Positions 46,696 to 58,609 of a DNA stretch of 64,000 bases are shown in pieces. This DNA is from Eukaryota sp. TZLM1-RC (lineage: Eukaryota; Protista; Metamonada: BaSk clade), in assembly GCA_040285825.1 (NCBI GenBank), contig JAUPSS010000011.1:434001-498000 (forward strand). The letters are read 5' to 3'. Each line of letters begins with the position of its first letter. Position 1 is the first letter of the stretch. Made by a program: the position numbers and the translations under genes. Under the pieces are notes generated by a model that was given only the letters and a program-made list of their open reading frames with translations, was not told where the DNA came from and ran no database searches.

Positions 46696-47765
46696 AGCAT
46701 GAGCATTGGTAGAACATCATCAGTATTTCTCACTTCCCAAGTTCTTTCATACGACATTGATCTAGTATTGGACATTTTTACAATAATAAAATTGCTATGT
46801 CATAGACATGCACTCTGCTAACCATACAACATCACCAACAAATAGCCTATGTTATTTTAGCAAAGGCAGTCGTCATCACTGACGCTGTTTTGAAAATATA
46901 TATGTATAAAGCAAATTGATCATTTCTTACAGAGGCTAGGGCCATTGACGAAAGTAAATACTATGAACAAAGGAGATAGGTCGACTCGAGTCTTACAGAT
47001 TAATTTCAACATAGAAAGTAAATCAATTTGAGTTTTGTAGATGTTATTTGTGGTATTCAATGCATATAAGAAGTGCTGTATCCGTCATTTGCTTGCAAAA
47101 GCTTTGATATATTAACTGATGATTCTCAGGTAAGTTGTGTTCATCAATTTCATGAATGATCAATTGCAATACTTTCTTGATAACTTTACATTGTTAAGAA
47201 ACCTTGACACGTGTTATCAATGTTAATCAATTTTGACAAAAATATTATCATTAATCACTATTATTCTAACATATTATTGATTGGACCTCCCCCAAGCAAG
47301 CACTGTAGTCATATCGCCATACTGAAGTTGAGAAAGAAGACCAAAGTGGTGATGAAAATATCTCTGCATTTGAGTGAATTATTTTATTTAAACATTGGAT
47401 TTGACCGTTGCATGGACAAAATAGTGGTATTATATACAATTAACAAAGCATGTTATTCCCTCAACAGATATGAATGAATGCTGAGTTAGTAAAAATGATG
47501 GAAGAGATGGAGGAAATTGCAGAGGCAGAAGATGCAGAGGCAGTTAACGAGCAGGACCAAGAAGTAGATTATTCACTGGATGAGGAAGTCTACCTATCCT
47601 TGTTATTTCAGAAATCTTTATGTTTCGGAGAACATTGAGGAGGAATGATATGATCTCAAATGCGTTTTCCTTTCGACAGTTGAGTTTAGTATTTGTGAGT
47701 TGAAATAAACATGTAAAAAATACACTTCCATGTGGGGAAAAATTCTGAACCTTGCAAGTCTTCAA

Positions 47766-48345
47766 TGATAGAATTCCGGACGTTCGCAACCCTGCCGAAC
47801 GTTCGGCCGAACGTACGCCGAACTAGTTTTTGTTCATTTACACGTGTCAACACAGTTTTGTATATAAATGTTTTCCCAAATCCCTATTTCAACTACTACA
47901 ATAGATTTCATTGTTTAAAAATCTGTATTCATACATACACAACGTTAATTACGATAAAGTGTCCAAAAATATTACTTCACAGTGCCGCTGCTGCAGTAAA
48001 ATGCTAAAAGGTTCAGCCCGTCGCTTTTCCTCCCATTTCATTAAGGAGTATAGAGCTGGATATGCCTTATGTACTCAATTATCCACCATTTCTGTCAAGG
48101 ATATAAACACTGTCCTAGGTTAATGACCTAGATTTAGATGTTGTAGAACTTTCTGAATAAAAGTTTACTTTGTTGGTTGATAGTGAGTATAATAGTATAA
48201 GGAAGGAGGAGATAAACAGCGTTTTGATATTAATGAATCAAAACGAGATGCCGAACTAACCGAACGTATCAGTAGGTGTTGAACGTTCGACCGAACGTAC
48301 GCCGAACTAGTTTAGTTCGGCCGAACTAGTTCAGTAATTCTAACA
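47766..48345. mobile_element. Non-autonomous TIR element (TG..CA ends) with 14-bp TSD
   Basis: TIR TG(A/T)TAGAATT; subterminal CCGAAC/GTTCGG repeats; TTGCAAGTCTTCAA at 47752-47765 and 48346-48359. Confidence 0.8.
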
Positions 48346-48394
48346 TTGCAAGTCTTCAATTCATCCTCTCTATCTCTACATCACACATTTAAGA

Positions 48395-49771
48395 ATGGCC
48401 ACTCTACTTCAAGTATTGATTCCACAAATAACACGTTATTTGTCAATTCCCAAACTTATGCAGCTCAGACTGGTTTCTAGACCAATGATAATGACTGTTA
48501 CTCGCACCTTATCTGAAATGGAATCTCTAAACCTGCATGATTGCTCTGCTGACTTTATTTACACATTAGCAGAACGCTGCTCCTCAATCAAAAACTTCCA
48601 TGGTCCCTCATGTGGTATTTTCGATCGCCATCTCATTTACCTCCTCAACAAATGCCACCACATCACTTCTCTACGGATTCCCAATTCTTCTAAACTCACT
48701 TTCTCTTCTCTTTATGCTTTCGAAAAGTACAATTCTTATATCAAACTGCTTGACCTTTCTTATTGCACCAGACTCACCGACTCTGCCATCTGCATGTTAG
48801 CTCATTCCGATTGCCTTAGGGACCTTCAGACTATCCATCTCCAAGGCTGTGTGAACATTGGTAATAACGGGGTTGGATGGCTTTCCGAGTACTGTAACGA
48901 CATTCGCCACGCAGACTTGAGGGATGTAACTTCCATCACAGATGTTGCGCTAGACATGTTGGCTAGGGGTTGTCCGCAGTTGAGGAGGTGCATGATTGCT
49001 AATTGTGAAAAGATAACTGATACTGGCATTAAGACCTTGGGTACAGTCTGTGATTATCTCAAAAGCCTTGACATTTCTGGATGTGTAAATGTCACCGATG
49101 AGTCATTAACGAAGCTGGTAACAGCCACTCCTGACCTTAGTACCTTGAATGTGGCACGATGCCATCAACTGACTCAAATCAGTCTAATCGATGCAGCCAG
49201 AAATTGTAGATGGCTCAAGAATGTAGATTTTAGTAATCTCTCAGACATTGATGATACCGTGGTCTTTGAACTTGCTTCATATTGCCCCCAGTTAACGAGC
49301 CTCGAGTTGATTGGATGTGTGAACATCACCGACGAAGCTTTGAATGAACTTTCGCGTGGTTCTTTTCCCCTCAAATCTTTCTCCATTGGCCCTTGTTCTG
49401 GGGTTACCACAGCTGGTGTTGTGAGGTTTGTCAAGAAATTCATCAGACTACAAAGCTTGAACATTTCAGGGTGCAACAAAGTAGGAGATGAAGCATTGAT
49501 TGCTACCATTAAGTCCTGTAGAGATGTTAAACATTTGAGATTTGGAAGATGCCATCGAATTACTGATAAGGGTGTCAGTCACATATTACGTTCTAATAAT
49601 ATTTTGTCTGTTTGTGTTGCTCAGTGTGATAAGGTTTCGTTGGGGATGGTGGAAAAGCTTCGGAACAAAGGTATAGAATTGACAGAGATTGTTAAGCATT
49701 TGGATTTGGTAAATGAAGATTTTAATGAAGGAGGAAGTTCGGAAAATGATGGTGAAGTTGTTGACCTTTGA
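48395..49771 (+). CDS. F-box/LRR protein (FBXL-like, cysteine-containing LRRs)
   Basis: N-terminal I..YL....L..LRLVSR; repeated L..L.L.GC..ITD motifs. Confidence 0.9.
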   Translation: MATLLQVLIPQITRYLSIPKLMQLRLVSRPMIMTVTRTLSEMESLNLHDCSADFIYTLAERCSSIKNFHGPSCGIFDRHLIYLLNKCHHITSLRIPNSSKLTFSSLYAFEKYNSYIKLLDLSYCTRLTDSAICMLAHSDCLRDLQTIHLQGCVNIGNNGVGWLSEYCNDIRHADLRDVTSITDVALDMLARGCPQLRRCMIANCEKITDTGIKTLGTVCDYLKSLDISGCVNVTDESLTKLVTATPDLSTLNVARCHQLTQISLIDAARNCRWLKNVDFSNLSDIDDTVVFELASYCPQLTSLELIGCVNITDEALNELSRGSFPLKSFSIGPCSGVTTAGVVRFVKKFIRLQSLNISGCNKVGDEALIATIKSCRDVKHLRFGRCHRITDKGVSHILRSNNILSVCVAQCDKVSLGMVEKLRNKGIELTEIVKHLDLVNEDFNEGGSSENDGEVVDL

Positions 49772-50184
49772 AATTGAATCGATTATACTATGAGGGGTTT
49801 ATGAATGTTCTTTTTAATATTACTGAATTACACTAATTACTTTTTACTTACTACAATAAATCTTTTCTTTCTTGTTATTTTTTTGCTGATATTATCAAAG
49901 TACTGAAAGGAAAAATCTGTTGATCTAAATTGGTAATTAATTTGAATTATTAATAGGGCATAAAATAGTGATAACCCTTGTACTTGGGAACTCTGTAGTT
50001 ACGAATTATCAAAATTTGCTACAACAATTCTTCAGAAACAAGGATTCTAACTTGATTAAATACTGACGTCCTGCAGCCAACGTTATGCTTACAACTAGAG
50101 TGGTTTAAATTGATTTTTTTATTTGAACAATCTTGGAGGTAATTCTGTAGGTTAGTTTGATTTTTAGGTGTACTGTTGTTATTC

Positions 50185-51163
50185 ACTTCCTTCAAGAAGC
50201 TTGCTCTCCTTACCACTGACTTTTGCAAAGTTACAGAATATAATCTTGAAAGTTTTAGAAAACTTGGATTATATTGTACGTCTTAGCTTGACTAAAGAAA
50301 AAAACTCCGTTTTTGCAAACTTTTTGATTGACCTTAAAGACAGTCGAGTCGCCTAATCTCCCAAGTTCCCAATATTAATGGCCTTCTACTCAATGATCAC
50401 CAATGACCCACCGCTATGAGAATGAGATGTCTCTTATGGCCTTGTTCGTTACCAAATGATTTAATTTGTCGCTGCAAGAATGTAGTTACGGTTTCCTGTA
50501 TTTTAAACTGCAAGTATTTTGATACCTTTCGATCAATTGTTCATGACTCAGTTCGTGATCAATTATATGCTATGTGCAAAAGTTTCAATATTGAGGCATT
50601 TATTGAGCCATTAGTACGTAAGCTATCTCCAGATCAAACTGATGATTCCTTTGGTAAAAGAAGGGCAGATTTAGTAGCAACAGGGATCGACGGTGTTCTC
50701 AATGTTGTGGATGTTGTCTCAGTTGATGTTTGCAAAAATTCTGCTCGTTTAGTGTATTCCGCTGATTCGCCGTTATCTAACGCCGAAAAAAAGAAAATAA
50801 AAAAAAATGAAGAACCATTGGCACAGTTAGGTAGAGTGGAACATGTGAAATATCAGTTTGTACCGTTTGCAATTTCTCTTTTTGGCAATATTGGACCTTC
50901 AGGGTTGCACTTTTTTGAAAATTTCGAAAAAGTGTTACTGAATAGATCTCGTAAAAAGATGAATTCTACTTTCTGGTTAAATAGAATTGTGTTTTGCATT
51001 TTCAAGTCTATTCCAACAATGATTTCCAAGGCGCTTTTAGCTATTGGTGTAGAATATGAACGAAATACTGTGAGTAGGTTTAGTAATAGTGACGCCTGTT
51101 TGGAGGATATTGAATTCTAGATAGATTTTTTTTATCTCAATAAAAATACAGTACATAAAAAAA
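50185..51163 (+). mobile_element. Family A RLE retrotransposon, 5'-truncated, C terminus open
   Basis: ORF 50416-51120 reads through RLE to ..DACLEDIEF; AATAAA and A tail. Confidence 0.9.
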
Positions 51164-51501
51164 GTTATTATCATTTTTGAAAAGCTTCAGAACTCTTTCA
51201 ATAAAATCTCTTCAATCAAGGTTTTCTCTACAGAGTCGCGACTATCTAACTGTTTTACATGCCCTCTCCTATACCATTGAAAAACATTGGTATCTCTTGA
51301 TGAGAACCATCGAAGGCGAACACGCTCATAACGTGTGAAAGACTTCCCTAATGTGTTGTAATGTATTCACTCCTTTTGATCAGAGGATATGAGACTATTC
51401 GGTTTTAATTTTGTTGTGTATTTTATATGGAAAAATCCAAAAAAAATAATCTGAATATTTAATATGAGATAAATAAAAGTTTTTAAACAGTTGTTCCATG
51501 A

Positions 51502-54500
51502 ATGTATATTGCTTCTCTGTTTCACGAACTGCATTTTGATAGCTGTTGTGCACGTGAAGACACCACAGGTTCAATCAGATTGACACCTTCTTCTCTAGAA
51601 CCTTCTTGTTCTTTGAGAGAAATACCTTCTCAATTCGAACATGGTTCTACTGCTCCCTTTTCAGAATCTTTGCAAATAGCCTTCAGACATGCAGTATTCA
51701 AGGACTATCGCAAAGTATTAGCTTTTATAGAACGAACAATGATTGTTTCGTTTAATGCTTTTCTCAACACCAATGGTGGTCTTCTTTTCATTGGAATTAA
51801 TCATGAAGGGGTAGTTGAGGGCGTCACCATGGATCACAGACTTCGTGATGACGTCAGGTGCCTTCTTTCTTCTATTGCCGTTTCTACCTTTCCTCGCTTA
51901 CTTCGTCATCATTCTTGCCTTAGATTAGTCCCAGTCAAGGGAAAACAAGATTGTTTTCTTATAATTCTTGCTATCTGCTACAATAGAACAAATGATGTTT
52001 ATAATGGAAGACTCTTTCTATCCCAAATTGGCAAATCATTTATAAGGTCAACTGATCGAGCGATTGATTCCCAACCAGTGCATTTCAACGAGGTGGTCAA
52101 CCTACCACCTATCAAAACCTCTCCTCTCAGCAGTGAGGAAGTCTCTGCCGTGGTTGATATCTCTGTCAATGAGAGTAGGGAAAGTTTAGGTTTGATGGAA
52201 GTTAAGAATGAAGACTATAGGTCTCAAACCAAAATGATTCTCTCCACAAATACTCTTGAACAATTAAGGAAGTTCCGATTAGTGACTATAAAAGGAAACG
52301 GCAAAACTGTTGATTTTGTCAAGTTGATTACTAGTCAGCAGCAGAGGGAAAATAAGCGATCCAAGATATTAATCCTGAAAACCAATGATTTGTGGTGTCT
52401 TCAATCAGCAACCTATCTAAGTCAATCAACTGGACTGTCGATTGGCCAGGATGTGGGGTTATTAACTGGAAACCTGACCCTCAATTGTGATTCTTGTAGG
52501 ATAGTTTATGCTACGTATCACTCTTTCATTAATCTAGTCAATCACGAATCTTTTTTGAGCTTCGATCACGTCATTCTTGATGATTTTCATTACTATACCC
52601 AGACGATAATAATTGCAATTGCTCTTTTAAAATATTTAATTAAATCTCATTTACATTTAAAAATCGTTATTGCTGGCGATTATATTGATGAATTAATTCT
52701 GGGTTACTTCAATCTTGACCATGGAAGCATCAATCTTCCAGAAAGGCGATTTAAGCCTTCAATTCTTCATTTTGAGGACTATCAGCCTTTAGTAAATGAC
52801 CTTTTGGACTTTACAATGCAATTTAAGCTTGATACACCTAGTTTAAAGACCGATTCTTTACTTGAAATCACCAAGCTGATCATAAATGACTGTCTGAAAA
52901 CGGCAAAAGTCACTCACGGTCAAAGTTTGATAGTCTTTGTTAGTCATGGAATGGTCTCGTGTTTTCTGACCGAGTTGCGTTCTTTTTTAACCCCAAAGTA
53001 CAGTCACTTAAATATTTTACCATTGACTCACGACAGTACAATCAATCAAATCAGACAGGCAACTCGAATCAATCAATCAAACAATGTGAACATCATCATA
53101 GCGACCTCTGCTGTAGAGGGCCTTTTCTTTCACAATATGGCGGTTGTAATTGACACGTGTTTACACACAGTCCACAAGTTTGATGTCCAAACAAACTCTG
53201 AACATTGTTTCAAGTCATTTTCTACCAAAAGTATGGTAAATCTCAGAAGTAACAGAGTTTCGGTTAGTAATGGTACTGTCTATAGGCTCGTAAACAAGGC
53301 ACAGGATGAAGGATTTCCTGAGAATTCCCCAGACTTCAATGAAAGTTTTGAGCTTGATAGATTAGTCTTGAAAATTCTTTTGAATTTTGATCTAAATCCT
53401 ATTGATTTTCTTACCCAAATTCCAATGATTCCTGATGTGAGCATCATTAATCATTCAATCAACAACCTACTGCAATCAAACTGTGTTGTCGAAAGTGGTC
53501 AAGGAAAGTCTGGTAATTTTAACCTTACTTCTTTTGGAAAGTTTGCTGCTGTTTTGAATGTTTCAGCAGAAATTGCACGCTTTCTATTAATGAGTTATCT
53601 ATTTGGCATCTTACAAGAATCATTGGTGATAGTTTCGCTAATGGAATATCGAATTCCACGTTTTTCACAACCAATCAAATCTTTCTATCAAATGATTGAA
53701 CAATCAGGTGGATTTAGATCTGATCATATTGCTCATTTGAATATGTATAATTATTATGTTGATTGTTTTAATCAATTCAATTCAATTCATGAAGAATTAA
53801 ATTGGGTGAAGGAGAATTCTTTTATTACATGGGAAGGATTGAAATCAATCGATAAAAGAGCTTTTTTTCTTAAACTTGGTTTGTCTAAATTGAAAATGAT
53901 TGAAAGGCCCAGCAGTGCTCATCAAAGGAGAGTAATGATGTCACGTGATCATTATGAGCTAGTTTTTGACCCTGATTACAAATCACCTTCCGATAAGTCT
54001 GATTTTTCTCAATACAATACAAAACCAACTCTACTCTCCAAATCAAAAAGTCTATATTTACTTGGCTTGATGGGATTCTGCTTTGCATCCAATCTATTCA
54101 TCCTTCGTCCTCAGCCCTCCGCAACTAACGTTTATTCATTGTTAAAGGGTCAAGGGTACGATACCTATAATGGAGTGGTCCTTTCCTCAATGCTTCAAAA
54201 CAATGAAGGTTTAGGTTCTTTTTTGGTTGATTCAAACTGTTGTGAAAAGTCTGCTATTATCCCAATTAATTCTTCATCAAGTTCTTTCCTGAGTTTGATT
54301 TCAAGTAAGAAATTCAATAATCAATTCAAAATAGAGCTTACACCATCAAATGCCTACTCTGACAATGTTCAACGAGTCTTTCGGTTTCCGTGTCTGTTGT
54401 CCAAATTCTCCAGTCAATCTGTAACTGAACCTTACTTACCTTGTAGGGAGTTGCTTTTGCCTCCTGATGGGGTTATTCCAACAATACCAGTCTCTTTAAT

Positions 54501-55167
54501 GAGATCGTTTGCTAAGTTTTCTCTTTCAAATAGTTCTCTATCTGTTCCCTTTGGAATTCCAATGAATTCTTCTGCTAATGTCCGATCTGAAGGGGTGTGT
54601 GGAGTCTCCAGTAAAATTTACTTTGGAGGTGCAGGTTCAGAGGATGATGAACCAAGCATTTACTCTGTGCTGTCAAGTCTATTTCCCTGTAATTGGAATA
54701 TGCCTCAAGTAGTACTGCTGATGTTGGGGGCAGATGAAGTAGAAGTTGCTGATAAAGGTAGTTGTAATTTCGAGGTGAAGGCCAAGGTGTCTTCCATGGT
54801 TCACAGTAGATCGTTTTCTGATCCTTTAAAATCAATCACAAGGATCATGAACCTACGACAACAATTCTTGGCATTTCAATTCTATTTTTGTGATCAGTTA
54901 TTCAGCTCAAATGCGACAAGTAGTGACAATATCAAGTTAACATGTCCAAAAACATTAAGAAGGTTATCCAAAAAGTTGAAAAAAGATTTTATTGGTGTTT
55001 TATCGGCTAATTCTATTAAACATCAGACAAATTCAAATAATGTTTCTTCATTTATTTCCAAAAATTCTTTGAAGAAATTAAATAATCTAAAACTACAATT
55101 CAAAAAAAATGAAAATTTAATAAAAATAATAATGATACAATGGACTCAACAGAAAAAAAAACAATAA
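51502..55167 (+). CDS. Schlafen/AlbA_2 domain fused to a degenerate DEAH/RHA helicase with HA2
   Basis: AFLNTNGGLLFIGI..G.V.G; GNGKT, ILDDFH, IIATSAVE, VIDTC; LTSFGKFAA.L...EIARFL; RSDHIAHLN. Confidence 0.75.
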   Translation: MYIASLFHELHFDSCCAREDTTGSIRLTPSSLEPSCSLREIPSQFEHGSTAPFSESLQIAFRHAVFKDYRKVLAFIERTMIVSFNAFLNTNGGLLFIGINHEGVVEGVTMDHRLRDDVRCLLSSIAVSTFPRLLRHHSCLRLVPVKGKQDCFLIILAICYNRTNDVYNGRLFLSQIGKSFIRSTDRAIDSQPVHFNEVVNLPPIKTSPLSSEEVSAVVDISVNESRESLGLMEVKNEDYRSQTKMILSTNTLEQLRKFRLVTIKGNGKTVDFVKLITSQQQRENKRSKILILKTNDLWCLQSATYLSQSTGLSIGQDVGLLTGNLTLNCDSCRIVYATYHSFINLVNHESFLSFDHVILDDFHYYTQTIIIAIALLKYLIKSHLHLKIVIAGDYIDELILGYFNLDHGSINLPERRFKPSILHFEDYQPLVNDLLDFTMQFKLDTPSLKTDSLLEITKLIINDCLKTAKVTHGQSLIVFVSHGMVSCFLTELRSFLTPKYSHLNILPLTHDSTINQIRQATRINQSNNVNIIIATSAVEGLFFHNMAVVIDTCLHTVHKFDVQTNSEHCFKSFSTKSMVNLRSNRVSVSNGTVYRLVNKAQDEGFPENSPDFNESFELDRLVLKILLNFDLNPIDFLTQIPMIPDVSIINHSINNLLQSNCVVESGQGKSGNFNLTSFGKFAAVLNVSAEIARFLLMSYLFGILQESLVIVSLMEYRIPRFSQPIKSFYQMIEQSGGFRSDHIAHLNMYNYYVDCFNQFNSIHEELNWVKENSFITWEGLKSIDKRAFFLKLGLSKLKMIERPSSAHQRRVMMSRDHYELVFDPDYKSPSDKSDFSQYNTKPTLLSKSKSLYLLGLMGFCFASNLFILRPQPSATNVYSLLKGQGYDTYNGVVLSSMLQNNEGLGSFLVDSNCCEKSAIIPINSSSSSFLSLISSKKFNNQFKIELTPSNAYSDNVQRVFRFPCLLSKFSSQSVTEPYLPCRELLLPPDGVIPTIPVSLMRSFAKFSLSNSSLSVPFGIPMNSSANVRSEGVCGVSSKIYFGGAGSEDDEPSIYSVLSSLFPCNWNMPQVVLLMLGADEVEVADKGSCNFEVKAKVSSMVHSRSFSDPLKSITRIMNLRQQFLAFQFYFCDQLFSSNATSSDNIKLTCPKTLRRLSKKLKKDFIGVLSANSIKHQTNSNNVSSFISKNSLKKLNNLKLQFKKNENLIKIIMIQWTQQKKKQ

Positions 55168-55184
55168 TAAATTTTCGATTAAAT

Positions 55185-56225
55185 TCAACTATTTTCGATT
55201 AAATTCTTGATAAAAACTGTATTTGCATTGTTTGAATTACCAATTGACTCCATTGGACCCTTATCAATCAAATTGATTGATTGCCGATGTATATTTGGTC
55301 CCATCACTATGCTCAACGCATGGCTACTCATCTTTGTTATCTCTTCATTTTCCACCACCTTCCTCAAACACTTCCCTAATGCTTCACACACTTCACTATT
55401 AGGATTCTGCATCAAATCATCAGGCAATTCCCGAAACCATTGTTTAATAAGTCCAGCAACAACATGAGGGTGATCTAATGGAGAAGGGACAGAATGAGCT
55501 TCATATACTGCACCAGAAGCTTGTATCAACGACCTGCCGTGTTTGATTGAGTTTCCAGCAGCTGCCACACGGAATACTCCTGATACTTTGAATCCTTCCG
55601 ATTCATAGAAAAGCCTCAACAAACCGGCCAAGGGCTGAGGAAGCTGGGGGTAAATAGGGTCAGAAGGAAGGTATTTCAGCCAGATTCCAAAGAACGAAGG
55701 TAGTGAGTCAATAATGATGGGAATAAACAAAGGAGGTGCAGTCGAAGAGGTGACAACAACAAGGGAGCATAAGCGACATGAGGGACGGTTTGTGGTGGCA
55801 GTAATGGTGAGGGAACATGGAAGTGAGCGACGTACAGTGGACTGGGTGGGGTTTGCGGTGAGAATAAGGTTGTTGCAATGTGAATTAAGACAACGAATTT
55901 TAATGTCGGTCCGCGAGAAGGATGGAGAGTTAATGGTTATGGTAGACAGGCCTATTTGACAGACAGAAAGTGCAAGATGGGATGGTGACGCATAAACGGA
56001 AGTAGGAGAAAATTTGAAAAAGCGTTTAAAAAAGGAGGGTACAGGAGACGAAGGTGTAGCATTCCCGTTACTCTGGACACAGTGCAAGTCGTTGGAGTGA
56101 AGATTAAGTTGCTGATGAATGTCAGAAGGATCTGATGTGGACAACCACTGTGAAAGCTCTTCAGGACATGATGCTAAGTCCCTGTTGTTTAATACATGAG
56201 AAAGAGAGGCTTTGATGTCAGACAT
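55185..56225 (-). CDS. RhoGAP protein (possible N-terminal MSP/Ig-like domain)
   Basis: EGFKVSGVFRVAA, VAGLIKQWFRELP, TKMSSHALSIVMGPNI. Confidence 0.85.
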   Translation of the reverse strand: MSDIKASLSHVLNNRDLASCPEELSQWLSTSDPSDIHQQLNLHSNDLHCVQSNGNATPSSPVPSFFKRFFKFSPTSVYASPSHLALSVCQIGLSTITINSPSFSRTDIKIRCLNSHCNNLILTANPTQSTVRRSLPCSLTITATTNRPSCRLCSLVVVTSSTAPPLFIPIIIDSLPSFFGIWLKYLPSDPIYPQLPQPLAGLLRLFYESEGFKVSGVFRVAAAGNSIKHGRSLIQASGAVYEAHSVPSPLDHPHVVAGLIKQWFRELPDDLMQNPNSEVCEALGKCLRKVVENEEITKMSSHALSIVMGPNIHRQSINLIDKGPMESIGNSNNANTVFIKNLIENS

Positions 56226-56519
56226 AATCACCTTTGTATTTTAGGTGAAATTCTGACTTTAATAATTCCCACACAATGCTTTTTTGATGCTGCAAACATC
56301 TTTTTCAAGTGATACCACAAACCACAGTAGTAATACCACTGAAATTCTGTTCCTCTTATTTGAGGAGTTTCTCCCTCTTCTTTCCTCCTCTTTTTCCTCA
56401 ATGCCCTACACATTTGACATGCTGTTTGGACCTGCTCTGAAGAATATAATTGAACCTTTTATGAAATCAAATTGCAATCAATATAATGAATTATTAAATT
56501 ACGAGTTCAATATTTAGGT

Positions 56520-58600
56520 TTTTTTAATGAGTAGTTCAAAATATCTTGAATTCAACATTTTACCATTTTTTGATTCATTAGCAATGAGCATCATAAATCA
56601 GATACTCAACAAAAGCATTGTTTTCTTTATTCTAAAACCGTTTTTCACCAAGCAGAACCAACAACAAACTCCTACTTATTTCACCACAATGTGATACTAT
56701 ACAAAACTATCGTTATTTATAATTCATTAAATAATTTGTGTGATGAATACAGTTCAATTGTATCAAAGATTGAAGCCAAATAAGTAAATAAAGATATGGA
56801 TATTACGAATTGCACTTTGAAACAGAAAATCAGTTATATTTACCTGAATTATTTTATCCAATTCTACAAAAATCTTAATAATGAGCTTGGTCAAAGAAGG
56901 ATTCACTTTCCAGATAATACATCACTGAATCGAGTTTCGCACTACACAGCCAAACAAATTGCCATTAATTATGGAAATGCTCTCAGTAAACACTTTTATG
57001 AACACGTTTTGCGTTGGTTAAATTTTGTCACCTTGAAGAAGTTCAGACTACAAGAATTTCAGGAAAATCATTTGAAGAAAGAATTATTGACTAAACTCAA
57101 CAAAGTCAGGGAAGCCATTATCGGTGAAACCTTTGAGGAACTTTCGATCAATGATCACATTGTTTTCCCCTTTTCCCAATCAAAGTTGACTTTGAAGATT
57201 TTTGCTTACATTATTTACTTCCAACTTTTATTAACGGTAAAAATCTTTATTACACTCAATCAGCCAAGCCATTGCAATTTTTCTCTCATGCTATAGTTGT
57301 TAACAGAACCATTCAATCATTCTGTTCCCAGGATGGCAAACCTTTGTCGGTCAGTAATCCTTTTCCATTACCAACTACATTGATTCCACAGAATATAAGA
57401 CTTGATATTCATTGGCTCAATGAAAGATTGGGCAATTTCAAAGGGAGAGCAAATGACATAAGGTCATCAGTTTTTACCGAAATGCTAACTGATAAGGCAT
57501 TAGATTCTTACAAACGTGAGACTAAAGGTTGCTCTCAATTGAAATTCTCCTCAATTGTAACAGACGAGATTGCTTGTTCAGTCGTCTTAATTCGTAAAAA
57601 CCAGGTTGATGAAAAAGGAAATGTTTATAAAAATTTTACTTCCAAGACGTTAGCGCACCCAGAGCGATACATACATTCCTTGTCTGAAAATGTCGAAAAG
57701 TTGAAGTTAAAAGATAAAAGAATAGTTGCCATTGAGCCTAACGAGTACGATTTAATGCACTGTGTTTCTCCAAATCCTACTGTAACTATTAGCCCAGAAC
57801 AAATTTCACAAAATGTGTTTTATAAAAAAAGACAACTTCCAGAAATCAGAAGCAAAAAACACAAATGCATTAAAAGAAGAAAGAAACAATTACAAAATCT
57901 ATAAACCTATTCAAACTCTGACTCTGATTCTGCATGGCTGAAACCCAAACACTGGTGGAACACGTTAAAATATTCTGCCGGTGAACACCAATTTGACAGA
58001 AAAAGTACCAAAGATCGTTCAACGGAAAAAAGAAAATTGGAAAGTACAATTACCTGATGGTGATTACTCAGGTCAGGATATTTTAAATCAATTTCTTGTT
58101 CTAGTTGTGCTGCCAAGGAATATTTTGGAGAATGTGTCAATGATTCTTGTATTGAAGTGTTAGGTCCTAAGGGCAAACGACAACTGAAAAGAAAAGCAAA
58201 ATAGTTAAAGCAAGAAATTGAATTATTTAATCAAAAGAATCTTACTAGAAAAAGAGATTTTCTACAAGAATGGCATGAATAAAAGGATTCACTAGAAGAA
58301 AAAGCAAAATCAACACCGTGGGTTTAATGAAGTGTCAGACGTGCAACACGTGTTGGAATAGAGACTTCAACTTTGCCATAAATAAATATTCCATTATAAC
58401 ATCTGTAATCAACGGCGAAGGTAGACCATCCATTTTCGAGAAATTCCATTTTCATTGGAATTTCAAGTTCTCAATTGCTCGTACCGCATCTTTTCTGCCA
58501 GAGAATCTCGTATTTGGTTGTCTGACGGAGTAGAATGATAGAAACACACCTTATGTGTTGATTTAGAAGTGTTACCAACTCTGCATTTTCACATTGATTT
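56520..58600 (+). pseudogene. tnpB: Fanzor1-type element (family F6), degraded
   Basis: NYGNALSKHF..VLRWLN, PLPTTLIPQNIRLD, SIVTDEIACSV, VAIEPN, GLMKCQTCNTCWNRD.N.A.N..GRP; limits approximate. Confidence 0.82.
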
Positions 58601-58609
58601 TTTTGGTTA

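Noticed and set aside
51270-51335. MSVFAFDGSH DDE-transposase-like motif on the minus strand
   Set aside because: Single short motif with no ORF or termini
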